Positions 52,103 through 64,000 of a stretch of 64,000 bases of DNA are shown here, one piece after another (position 1 is the first letter of the stretch; each line of letters begins with the position of its first letter). The notes below the pieces were generated by a model. The model did not search any database. It was not told the origin of the DNA and worked only from the letters and a program-made list of their open reading frames with translations. The translations under genes and the position numbers were made by a program. Origin of the DNA: Cycas panzhihuaensis (Eukaryota; Plantae; Cycadophyta). The stretch spans positions 151,349,741-151,413,740 of the forward strand of contig CM041465.1 in assembly GCA_023213395.1 (NCBI GenBank). The letters are read 5' to 3'.

Positions 52103-54167
52103 GTAAATGTGAGAATTCTGCATGTAGCTTCTCCACTTCCAGATTCTATTGCATACTTGCTAGAACAGAGACTGGTGACTATTTCTTCAATGCTTCGACC
52201 TCCTTTTTCAAAGCCTCAATTTCCAGGTTTATACCCATTTGTGGTGTTTGTATGAATTACATTCTAGCACTCGTCATTGGAGAGGATATTAGCAGTATTG
52301 AAGATTGCATTGCAATTTGAGAGTAAGTTGACTTCATTTGATTTTCAAAATTTAAGGTTAACTCTCTTACCTACTTGTAATTGTTCATTGGGTGCAACAT
52401 TACTTTGTCTTTGAGTTGCAATATTAATCCCTGCACAAAATACTTCATGGAAAGAATAAGAATTATTGTTGTAGCAAATTGCATTTGATTCATAATAACT
52501 TGCATCCTTTCATCAAAGTCATTTATTGACTCTTCAGGATATTGCTGGATTTCTTCCAAAGGCTATAATATGGCTATTGGATCCCTAAGTTTTTGGAATC
52601 TATCCAAAAATTGAGTCTACAATTGATCTCAACTTAATTGTTGAGCTACTATGTACTGGAACCATACAACTGCTAGTCCTCTTAATGTTGAAAAGAGCTA
52701 GGATTTTATCTCATTTTGATGTACAATTTTTTAAATTTGAATCGTATTTTTAAATAAAGCCAAATGATCTCTTGGATCTATAGATCCATCAAATTGTAGA
52801 GTTGAAAAAATAGAGTCACTCTGCACAATGATATAAGGTGTCATACCTCCTTGGCTTGTTCCGCCTGATATTCCACTTTGTACCCCTCTTAGCAGTGTTT
52901 GACTCCCTCCTCCTCCTCCTGTATTACTACCTAGACTTGCCATTGATAGCTTAAAGAGGGGGTTTATTATGTAACTTGGAGTTTTGATTTCCAATAAATG
53001 GTGGTTCCAAGCTTGTTCTGCTATGCTATATACTCCTAATTCAATTAGATTTTCCTCCAATGCTAGAACTTCTTCCGAAATATATAGTCTGACCAAGTGT
53101 TGTTACCAATCTTTACTTTGGGGAAAATCTTTATTCAATACCTACTCTCACAAGGTATCTTTTGCAGTGAAATCTTCTTCTTTCAAACTTTGTTGCCAAA
53201 TTTCACCCTCAACAAGGTCTTCCTTGATTGAATTTGTTTGTATTGCTTTCTTGTCTATAGGTTCCTCTTCCACTACACACCTTTGGTCATCTTTACTTTG
53301 CACTTCCTGCTCTTGGATAGTCCTTTGGTTTTCTTCCACGCCTGTCTTTTGTTTGCTTGATTCACCCTCATTTCTTGACTTTCTCTTCTTCGTCGAGTTT
53401 GCAGATGGTTGCCTCTTCACTTGCTTCCTTGGCATCAATACAAATCTGGGCCTACATATTCCAGTCTGGAGACTGTCTTTATCCCAATGTTCTCTTTGTT
53501 CACAGCATGATTCTACTTTGACCCTGGGTGGCATGGAAGAGAACCTGACAACTTACTCGGCTTTGTCCATTATGACTTTCACTATCCTTTGCCCTAGTTT
53601 AGAAAGCAACAAAACCAATGTGTGTTTGCTAGCTTATGTCTACTAAGTAATAGTCTTATGATCAGAATAGAATAGCAGAACAAAGATCAACTGAAGTGAA
53701 TGCAAACCATGATCATTGTATTAATGACGGGTTGCATCTAGTCCTCTCACAACCAGACGCAAACCCAGAATAGTACAGAAGGTTGCAACTAATGCAATAC
53801 AACAGGACATTATTTACAATATGTATAGGTGCACAATGCTTAGTACTCTGATTCCAACTAGTAACTCATACACACACATATATTTTATGACTACCCATTA
53901 CATTATTTATATTTCTGTAAGTCATTCTGTAACTGCCAAGTACTAGAATAGTTGCGGGTTTATGATTGGTTGCAACTGCTTCCAATTGTTTGTTGCTTCT
54001 GTTGTGGTTGCCCGAACTGTTATTGTTGAGGCTGATGTAACTGCATCTTGAATTGTGATCAATCCGCTGGACATTACAACCAATTGGTCGCAATCGACTT
54101 CCCCTTTAGTTCTCTCTTTCTGTGGCCTTCAATTCAAGTTGCAATCGACATGATTTCTCAGCACACA

Positions 54168-55170
54168 TACACTGAGTTTCATAGGCATCTGGCAGGTTGA
54201 GGAAGCAAAATGAAGGCAAACAGAGGAGAAAGGGCATCCAAACACTGTAAAAAATTGCTTAAATGAACCCCATTGAACATGAGATCAACATATATTGCAT
54301 GCAGACCTGTTGTAGGGCAAATGAGGCTACATGCATGAAGAATTGACAAGTACCAAAGTTGAATCTACTCTTTGTTATGAAATTTTGCTTACAGAAGATA
54401 AATTGCAAACGTAGGAGGGAGATGACCATTTTTGCATGCTCAATCATGAAAGATGTGATGAAAACCTAACATTGACTTGTCATTTTGATCCTTGATAGCT
54501 TGACAATTCATTGGCAGAGTTATTTTGGGAAAAATATGGCTTCATTTATTAGAAAAAGTGATTTTTATGGAGAGTTTAAATGTTGCCTATGCTATTTTGG
54601 CAAGTATTTCATGGAGCATATTCCCTATTAAACTTTGGGTAAAATATATTTAATATTTTGTAAAGTTTAAGTGACATTAAACTCAATTGGGTTTTGATTT
54701 GGAGTTCGGCGCTATTAGAGTTATTAATGTTAGCTTTATATCCTTTATAAGGTTTCTTTTATTAATTCTAGATTCAAATATTAATATTATTAAAGTCAAT
54801 GTTATTATATATTAGTTATGTGATTCGTTGAAATGAACAACCACCCATTTCAACTAACCTTCACCTCCTTAAATATCTCTTCCTAGATTCTAGGAAGTTG
54901 GTCAAGATAATCAGGTAAGGTTGGTCAAAGATTTGGTATACAAGTGGAGATTGTACGTGGGTCTGGCTAGTTGGCTTTTAATGAGAGAGGATGAGATTCT
55001 TTTTCTCCCATATTCTTTCATGTATTTATTTATTAAATTTATATTATAAATTATACTTATGAGGTGGTTTTTCCTCCCCTAAAAGGGTTTTCCACCTGCC
55101 AATTCTTATGCACTGTGTATGATTGATTATTGACTCTATAACCCTCTCTCTAACACAGTATTAGAGCAGG
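54168..55170 (+). repeat. 3' part of a long LTR with degenerate PBS; its 5' part probably lies left of B (~44260-45403)
   Basis: GGTGGTTTTTCC...GGGTTTTCCACC motif; ends CTCTAACA at 55155, followed by AGTATTAGAGCAGG (close to the tRNA-iMet PBS). Confidence 0.5.
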
Positions 55171-56026
55171 GCATCCAGATTGTAGGTTTTTCAAACAGAA
55201 ATCTGAAGTAGGGTCTTCAAAACAAATTTGAAATTGAAATAAAGAACATACATTCTTCAAATAGAAAGCTGAAGCTAAAATCAAGTTTTCATCAAACCCT
55301 CGCACATACAATTTTGTTTTAAAATAAGAATATTTATTAAAACACAAAGTACTGAGAAGTTTTACATTTACAAAAATAAATTTGTCTATTGTTCAGGGTC
55401 TAAATAAGACCAATACATTTACAAAAACTTGAACAAGGCCTAATTGCCATGACCTAATTGCCTATTTCTTATCCACCTACTATTTCTATCAGATATATAG
55501 GCTACTCCCTTCTCTCCGTTTGCAAAATTTCCAGCCAAAAACCTAGCTAAGGCTTGAACTCCATAACAGCATTGAAACCCTACAAACAAAACATAATAAG
55601 ATCACTGGCACACGCAGTAATAAAACAAAATATACAAAGTAAAACCCTTTTTTTGAAATCGCCACAGAAGCTTAGAAAGGTGCCTCTATTGATACAATTA
55701 TTTTAACTGATGATCTGTTGCTCTGAGAATAAAATTGTGAAAGAAGAAGCAATAGTAGGGTGAATGCATGAAGTGATGCCAGAGAAGATCAATTCCCATG
55801 AAGCAACGACGCCTTTCTGCTTGCTAGAGAGACAAACGCCAACAAGGAACACCAAGCCTTGACCGAAAACCCCAATGGAAAATGCCAACGGGGAACGCCA
55901 AGCATTGAATGGAAGCCATTCCATGCAAACACCAATGCAAAGCAGACCAAAGAAAATTAGAATGCAGAGCCCTCTATCGACCTGCTAACATAGATAAATA
56001 GATGAAACGCCAAGACCCCACCATCA

Positions 56027-56089
56027 AACTGCAGAAACTCACAAAGAACCTCAGTCCTTCATCTTCTAATACCAAGTGAATGGAGATGC
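56027..56089 (+). repeat. Left copy of long duplication flanking J
   Basis: Matches 61340-61431 except one C/T change and a 29-bp gap. Confidence 0.92.
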
Positions 56090-59000
56090 TGTTAAAATGT
56101 AATGTTTTATCTAGACAAAGAGGGGTCATATTGACTCACCCCTTAAATGTAACTCTAAATAGGAATTGACACTTGGCAGCCTCATGTAGGTTAGTTACAT
56201 TTCTATTTTGTAACGGTCATCTTAGTGATGTATATTTAAGAGGAATGAGACTCCATGTAATAACAAGTTCTGATCTTCATTCTGTATAAGTCAGTTTTCT
56301 ATCATGGTATCAGAGCAGGTCATTCTGCCTGCTTGAGAGAGGGTCCTTTGTGTGTAATAGAGTCTATTATGAGAGAGACAAGGAAGCCTGCAACACAAAA
56401 GACAAATTGAAAGTGAGGTGAATGATCCAACACGTCAAAGAAGTAGACTTGAAGACAACAGGAAGTATCGTACAGTCACTGTATGGAACCGTACAACTAT
56501 ACGGACCAAAAAATTCAAACATCTCAGATCGAGTTAAAATTTGGCCAGCAAGTAGATCTTGACCTCCTCTTCAACTTTTCCTTCAGGATCGAAGTCATTT
56601 GAAGAAGTTTTGATAGAAGTTTTGCCCCTTTATCAGCCGCGCGAGTTTGGAGGTACTTTAGCAAATTTCTTCCAAATTTTTCAAAGCTCTTGAATCAAAT
56701 CTATTGTAAACTTAGTGTTTGGGTACTGCAAAAGTTTTGAGACAGACTTTAAGGAATTCTATGAAGTATTTTTCAAATTACAAGCAAAAATGTGTTTTGC
56801 CCTAACTACATTTTCCAATCTTTCGGGCTGATTTTCTCCTCATCCGTAAACTGTTTTGGAAAACTAATACCAGATCTGGGATCCTCGTCTCATAACCTCT
56901 CTTTCAAGGTACATATTATACAATTCCATACAAGTTCAATTCCGTACGGAAATTAAATGCATCTGACCCTTTTCTGTCTCTCAGTGTCTCTGGTGTCAAA
57001 ATGGCTTCAGGTCTCTTTTCTCTGCCAGAATCAAACAAATTAACTAATTCAAATTATCATGTTTGGAAAATTAAAGTAGAAACTGTCTTAAAAATAAAAA
57101 ATGTTTGGAATATTACAATTGGGACTGAGACTTATCCAAAGGACTCAGATGCTAAGCTGGCCAACTGGGAAGAAAGAAACAATATAGGTGTGCACATTTT
57201 GAAAATGTCAAAATCTGACTCAATTCTGATATATGTTGAAAGCTGAATTTGTCCTCTAACATTTGGAAATGTCTTGAGAACCTGTATGGACAAAAAAATA
57301 AAGCAAGAATAATTGCTCTCAAGGAAGAATTGTATAGACTGCATATGAAGGAAAATGAAAATGTAACAGATTTTATGCACAAGGTTGTTTCAATACGGAA
57401 TAATTTGTCAAGTGCAGGAGGTTTGATTTCCGAACAAGAGCTGGTAGAACTGATAACAGCCAAGCTCCCAAAGTCTTTCGATACAACCATCAACACCATT
57501 ATAAATAGATAAAATAGATAAAATAACTCTTGATGAATTGACGAGATTACTGTTGAGACAGGAACAAAGGAATAAGAGATATGAAGACTCCTCAGAATTG
57601 GAAGATGCCTTTATGTCCAGATTGAACCTGGGCTCACGCAGTAGAAACCAAACCCGTGGACGAAGCATAACACCTGACTTCAGAGGACGAGGCCAGTGGC
57701 AAGACTCTAGGGGACGCGGACGAAGCAGAGACACAAGGATTTGTTTCAATTGCGGAAAGACCGGGCACATCTCCAGTGCATGTAGAATCTTTGACATATG
57801 TTATCACTGCGGACAAGGTGGACATTACCCTTACCAAGGTGCCACAATAAGAAGTGAAATTTAGAAAGGGAAAAGACCTGTTGGTGGCTATAGCAAAGAG
57901 AAAGCAGATGAAGATGAAGAAGAGACTGCCTTCATTGTTGCCTTGGCTTCCAGCCTTAAAGACAATGACACATGGTACGTTGATTCAAGAGCTTCAAGAC
58001 ACATGACTAGCCGTGAAGATTGGTTTGAGATATTGAAACCCTATAACATTGATAGATCAGTTGAATTGGGTGATAAATATGCTCTTGATATAAAAGGAAT
58101 TGGAACCATTGCTGTCAACTTTCAAGGAAATGTCAAAAAAATCGGAAACGTTTTGTTGGTTCCTGATTTAAAAATGAACCTTCTTTCTGTTTCCCAACTT
58201 AGTAAAAAGGGATTGAGAACCATCTTTGATGAAGATGGATATTGCTGTATATCTGGACATGAAAAAAAATGGTGAAACTGTTGCAAGAGGTGTGAGATGT
58301 AATGACTTATACAAACTTCTGTCGAATCCTGTACTTCCCAATCTGGAAGAAAAAGCTTGTCCTGTCATCAAGTCCAGTAATAAAATTTGGCATTTCAAGT
58401 ATGGGCACCTTCCAATTGAGACATTGAAATTGATGAAAATTTCTGAAATGGTGAATGGATTACCTTGTATCTCTTCTGATAATTTTGTTTGTAAAAGCTG
58501 TCAGTTTGGGAAACAACACCGGCTCCCTTTCAAGGAAAGCACCTGGAGAGCAGGATCAAGGTTGGACCTAATTCATATAGACCTCTGTGGTCCCATCTCA
58601 CCACTTACTATTAATGGATGCAGATATTTTTTGACCTCCATTGACGACTTTACTCGAAAGGTATGGGTCTACTTTCTCCACAACAAATCAAAAGTTTTTG
58701 AAATATTTAAAGAGTTCAAAGCAGAAGCAGAAATGGAGGTAGAAGCAAAAATTAAATGCATTTGGTTAGATAGAGGAGGTGAATATATATCAAAAGAGTT
58801 CCAGAACTACTGCAGAATTCACAGAATCCGTAGACAGGTTACAACTCCATAGACACCACAATCATATGGCGTAGCAGAAAGAAAAAACAGAACCTTAATG
58901 GAAATGGCAAGAAGCATGGTCTATGAAAAAGGTGTACCAAAAAACTACTGGGAAGAAGCGGTGAGTACAGCATGTTATCTCATAAATCGGTGTCCAACAA

Positions 59001-61339
59001 AGGCTTTAAAAAATATCACTCCAGAAGAAGCTTGGACGGGCAGAAAACCTGATGTAAGTTCACTCAAAGTTTTTGGGAGTCAAGCCTTTGTTCATATACC
59101 AGATAAAAAAAGGTCTAAATTAGATGCAAAAAGCATAGAATGTATTATGATAGGATATAGTAAAAATTCAAAGGCCTACAAATGCATAGATCTTAGAACC
59201 AACAAAATCTATATGAGTAGAGATGTAGTTTTTTATGAAGGAGATAGTGAACTTGGACAAATCAGAATAGTTGATGAAGGAGAAAAGTTTGCTTAATAGG
59301 AAATTACAGAGATCGATCAAGAAATTGAGAAAGAACCTGCTTCTAAGGTAACAACAGAGGAAGTTTCAATTTCTCCTCCTACATCTAACCAAAATCAAAT
59401 AGAGGTGATAATAAATCAACCGGCAGATGAAACTATTAATCCAGAAGAACTTGGTACTAGAGAGGCCGCACAAAAACAAAAGAAGTTGCCCAGATGGTGC
59501 ATTAAAACAATTGAGGAAGGACAAGGTAATGTAATGGAACACAGAACAAGAAATCGAAAAACAAGAGCCTTGTTAACCAAGGTCGAACCTAAGATATTTT
59601 AGGAAGCCCAAGAAGAACAGGTATGGAAAACAACTATGGATAATGAAATGGACTCAATCAAAAGAAATCAGACATGGGAATTGGTAGAATTACCAGTCAA
59701 TAAATCTGCAATCAGTTGTAAATGGGTCTACAAGACTAAAGAAGGGCTAAATGGCAAAATAGAAAAATATAAGGCTAGATTGGTTGCAAAAGGATACACT
59801 CAAACAGTCAGAGTAGACTTTGATAAAAATTTTTCTCCTGTTGCCAAAATGAATCAGTAAGAATAGTGATTGCTCTAGATGCAACTCAAAATTGGAAAAT
59901 CTTTCAACTAGATGTAAAGAGTGCCTTTTTGAATGGAGAACTGGAAGAAGAGGTCTACATGAAACAACCTGAGGAATATGTTAAAGAAGGACAAGAGAAT
60001 CTAGTGTGCAAACTAAAAAAGGCACTATACGGGCTGAAACAAGCTCCTCGAGCATGGTACGCCAAACAGGATCATTTTCTGGAAGAAAACAAGTTTGAAT
60101 GTTGTGATTCAAACCCCAGTCTGTACATAAGGAAAAAGGAGGGAAAAGTCACAATAATTGTTGTTTATGTTGATGATATGCTAGTCACTAGTAGTGATAA
60201 CGAAGGCTCTGAAGACATAAAAGAACAACTTCAACAAAAGTTTGAGATGACAGACCTAGGTATTTTGAATTACTACCTGGGTCTAGAGATAGGACAACAA
60301 CAAAATTATATAACTCTATCCTAGAGTAAATACATCATAAGTCTACTTATCAGATTCCAAATGGAAAACTGCAATCCCTGTGCCACACCCATGGAAACAA
60401 ATTGTGAATTGATAGCAGGTGAAATGGAAGAAGGAGCAAATATCACTCTGTACAGACAAATGATTGGAAGTCTAATCTACCTAACAACAACCAGGCCTGA
60501 CATATCTTACTTAGTTGGACTTGTGTCCAGATATATGCAGAATCCAAAATTAAGATATTGGAAGGCCATAAAAAGAATTCTGAGATATCTTAAGGGTACC
60601 ATAAATCTAAAATTGGTGTATCCAAAAGGAGGTTCAGCAAAATTGTCGCGATACTGCGACTCCAATTGGGCAAGAGATAGGGAGCAAAGAAAGTCCACTA
60701 GTGGATACTATTTCTTTCTAGGTTCTTCAGCAATATCATGGTCTAGCAAGAAGCAAGCCACTGTTGCATTATCTTCCACTGAAGCAGAATACAAAGCGGC
60801 CACTACAGTAACATGCGAAGGTGTCTGGCTAAGACAACTTCTGTTTGATTTAGAACAACAACAGAAAGAAGCAACTACTCTCAAATGTGATAATCAGAGC
60901 ACCATCAAACTGACCAAAAATCCAGTCCTTCATGCAAGAACCAAGCATATAGAAGTTCATCATCATTTCATAAGGGGAAAAGTCCACAACAAGGAAATTG
61001 ACCTAGAATATTCTCCGTCTTCAGAACAAGTTGCAGATCTTCTGACAAAATCTCTTGGAAAAGAAAGATTTCAATATCTAAGAAACAAACTAGGGTTACT
61101 AGAGATAAAACATTAAGAGAGGGTGTTAAAATGTAATGTTTTATCTAGACAAAGAGGGGTCATGTTGACTCACCCCTTAAATGTAACTCTAAATAGGAAT
61201 TGTGACACTTGGCAGCCTCATGTAGGTCAGTTACATTTCTATTTTGTAACGGTCATCTCAATGATGTATATTTAAGAGGAATGAGACTCCATGTAATAAC
61301 AAGTTTTGATCTTCATTCTGTCTAAGTCGTTTTCTATCA
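56090..61339 (+). mobile_element. Element J: full-length 5.25-kb Ty1/Copia with short LTRs
   Basis: LTRs 56090-56304 and 61124-61339 (TGTT...ATCA); PBS 56305-56316; PPT AAGAGAGGG 61115-61123. Confidence 0.96.
57001..61116 (+). pseudogene. gag-pol of J (gag with two zinc knuckles, PR, INT, RT, RH)
   Basis: NYHVWKIK, CFNCGKTGHISSAC plus CYHCGQGGH, WYVDSRASRHM, LIHIDLCGP, VYVDDML, YCDSNWA, TKHIEVHHHFIR; several stops and frameshifts. Confidence 0.95.
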
Positions 61340-61431
61340 AACTGTAGAAACTCACAAAGAACCTCAGTCCTTCATCTTCTCTTGCCCACAGAGCTGTTGC
61401 AATCACGCTAATACCAAGTGAATGGAGATGC
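61340..61431 (+). repeat. Right copy (92 bp) of long duplication flanking J
   Basis: aactgtagaaactcacaaagaacc...aataccaagtgaatggagatgc. Confidence 0.92.
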
Positions 61432-62557
61432 AGCCACTGCCCTCGGAATCTTGCAAAAAATCCCAACTGAAACCCATTTAGGGTTATTCGATTTTTATTT
61501 GGTGGATGCAAAAAGAAACTTAAAATAATCTAAAGTTTTTGCGAATGCAAAAATATTTCAATCCAATTTATTGAAAATTCGGGTCTGTCACCATCATACG
61601 ATATTTCATTTTTTTTTTTTTTCTAATGTTTATATTAAATTAAACCATATTGTATTATTATTTTGGGTCCACAAGGCACTAGCCCCGTACCCACTAGCCC
61701 CCCAGTCACCTTTGTCTCCCATGTGACCTCAATTCAATTGTAGAAAGGGGCTTCACCCCTATTTCATTCTTTTGTTTTTTACAAAAAGGGGTACTTGTAC
61801 CTTTTCTTTAATAACTTTCTCATTCAAAGTCCAAAATCAATTTCGAAAGAAGCGTCAGATTCCTGATTCAGACGCGGACGCATTGACTACCCACTTGATC
61901 CATTATGACACCATTTCAACTTGCAAACTCACACCCGAAGTTAAGCCTTTGTTCGTGACCAGGTAACTTAAGGTATGTGATTTTATTTACTTTTTTTTTT
62001 CTTTATAATATTTTAAATTTATTACCTTAAGTTAATAAACATTAATCATTTGCCAATATATCAATTAATCACATCATTTTTTCACACAATTATTTAATTA
62101 TTTTAAATACTTAATTAAATTTACTATTTTATCAACTGTGTGATACAACTACTTACACGTTTGATAAAATATTTTAATTGTTTGATTAAAAATTTATAAT
62201 CTTTTGATTGACAATCATATTTAATGTTAATGGATTCATTTTCATTAAAAACTTATATTTTTTTTTTATGCCAATCACTATTTTATGGGTCTATTTTCAT
62301 TAAAAATTTATGTTTCTTAATCAGTGGCAATCAATATTTAATTTAAATGGGCTTATTTCTAAAAATTTATGTTTGTTGATCAATGGCAATTAATGTTAAT
62401 GTTAATGAGTTTATTTTTGTAATATGTTTACTTTAATATATGAATATTCACCTACCAAATCAATGATTAATTTCATTCAAAAATTGTGATTACTTCATCC
62501 TTTTTGTTTTCCTGACATTTCATTAAACAGGTCTCTAGTTGTCGTTTTCTTCCCAAA

Positions 62558-64000
62558 ATGGCACTTATGCCATGGACAACCTCCTACACATCAATTCCAG
62601 TTCTAACAGGCTATATGGAAAGCTTGTATATCCCACCACCTAAAGCAACAAAAGTTGTGGACATATGTTACAGGAGAGTTTGTAAAACCGACAAATGCAT
62701 AATCAGAAGCCTATATCGTCTATTTGATGAATTGTGATGGAGCCCTAGGCACCATCCTAACCTCTCTCTCTCCAGACATAAGTCAGCATCTCTCTGATAC
62801 AGATGATCTAGCCACTGTCTAAAATTCACTTAAGGAAAAATATGATAAAGTTGACACTCAAAAGTTAGTTGTCTTGGAACAACAAATGTACGATCTAAAT
62901 TATGAAGATTTTTCTAAAGTTGAAGATTTCTTATCAAAACTTCAACTTATAAATAAAGACCTAGGAAATTGTATAAAATCTTCAACAAAAGTAGGTGATA
63001 AAACAATCACTGTTACACATGCAAAAGATGATGACACACTCGTTCATGTAGCAATCAATAAACTCCCAAAATATTTCAATCTTGTCAAAGCTGCCAAGTA
63101 GCAAGTTGGATATCCGCCAACAACCTTTAATCAGTTAACAAATCAACTAATTGAACATCAAACAATGTTGATTCAAATTGGAAAACTGCAAGATCCTTCA
63201 CAGGCATTTTTTTCCAAGTCAAAGCCATAAAATAAATTCAAACAACAAAATAATTATCAAAGCAAATATAATAGTAATCATAAGTTCTAAAAACCTCATA
63301 AAGGTTCTTCTTCCTCAAACAACTTTCATCATAATACCAAGTATTTTGGACCACCAAAAACTCAAAATACCTCTAGACAGTCATTCCAAAAATGCAATAC
63401 CGTCAATTCCAACCATAATCAAAACATCAATTGTGCTTACTACCATAGAAAGGGGCACACCATTGATGTCTGCAGGAATAGAATTGCTTCAGAAGCCTGG
63501 AAAGCTTCTAAGGGGATCCAATCACAATCATATAACCCTAACCATTCATTAACTGCTACCACATCTACCTTTTCGGCTCCAACTACTCAATCACCTTTAT
63601 GGATTCTTGATTTTGGTGCATCTCATCATATGATAGGACACCAAAAATACTTGTCAACATACCACTCTAATCTTAACTTCGAAGAGGAAATCTCCTTCGG
63701 AAGTGGTTTTCAGCTGAAAGTAAAAAGAACAAGAGATGTTTCTTTGAAAGGCGACTCTATCAAGGACGTATTTTACGTTCCCGGATTATTACCAAATCTT
63801 CTTTCAGTATACCAGATTTGCCAAAAAGACCTTGTTGTCGAATTCTGGAAAGATAGGTTTATTATCAAACAACGATTAAATGAATTCAAACCAATTGCTT
63901 CAAGACCTACTGATCATAAAATAGGTCTTTATAATCTAACAAACATTCAACATTCTAAAACTAAAACCTTTAGTGCCTTTATAGCAAAATCTGACCCTAT
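62558..64000 (+). pseudogene. Element K: decayed Copia-type gag-PR running off the window
   Basis: LWTYVTGE...DGALGTILTSLSPDI...LKEKYDK, knuckle CAYYHRKGHTIDVC, PR WILDFGASHHM, NLLSVYQ. Confidence 0.8.

Larger units (their letters stand above)
45404..54167 (-). mobile_element. Element B: Athila-like Ty3/Gypsy with both LTRs and TSD; RT and most of RH deleted
   Basis: 549-bp LTRs 45404-45952 and 53619-54167; TSD TACAC on both sides; PPT 45953-45962; PBS-like TGGTTTTGTTGC. gag FDGSIDPRDHLALF, PR STGGSRVNVL, INT APFEKWGLYFVGPI, extra ORF ~46100-47830. Confidence 0.92.

Noticed and set aside
52984-53646. 220-aa plus-strand ORF
   Set aside because: Antisense shadow of the purine-rich leader/gag N-terminus of B; low complexity.
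45651-54093. Paired 75-aa ORFs (45651..45878 and 53866..54093)
   Set aside because: Both lie in the two LTRs of B with non-ATG starts; similarity reflects LTR duplication.

Overview
Repeat-dense plant nuclear DNA made almost entirely of nested, mostly decayed LTR retrotransposons. Heavy C>T/G>A decay and the element types suggest a large-genome plant, possibly a gymnosperm (inference). No intact host gene was recognised. In order: (A) Athila-like Ty3/Gypsy, 1-8900 +, inserted in the LTR of a Copia remnant (8901-11035). (E) Truncated Gypsy, ~12085-15510 -. (D) CRM-like element, 17551-25958 +. Its integrase carries a young composite (21421-24775) made of a deleted chromovirus (C) fused end-to-end to a 323-bp mini-TRIM under one TSD. 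(G) Decayed chromovirus, ~27800-41481 +, containing non-autonomous element H (29665-39172 -), which contains near-complete chromovirus F (32986-38371 +). (I) Athila-like fragments, 41482-44250 -. (B) RT/RH-deleted Athila-like element, 45404-54167 -, carrying a solo LTR of family C. (J) Full-length Copia, 56090-61339 +. (K) Start of another Copia, 62558-64000. Most notable: the mini-TRIM builds a tRNA-type Pol III promoter across its LTR/PBS junction; it co-integrated with a second cDNA; C lacks exactly one GT-AG segment of its LTR; the Athila-like family has two extra capsid-like domains between PR and RT; and J has a ~92-bp target duplication. All alignments and counts were done by eye.
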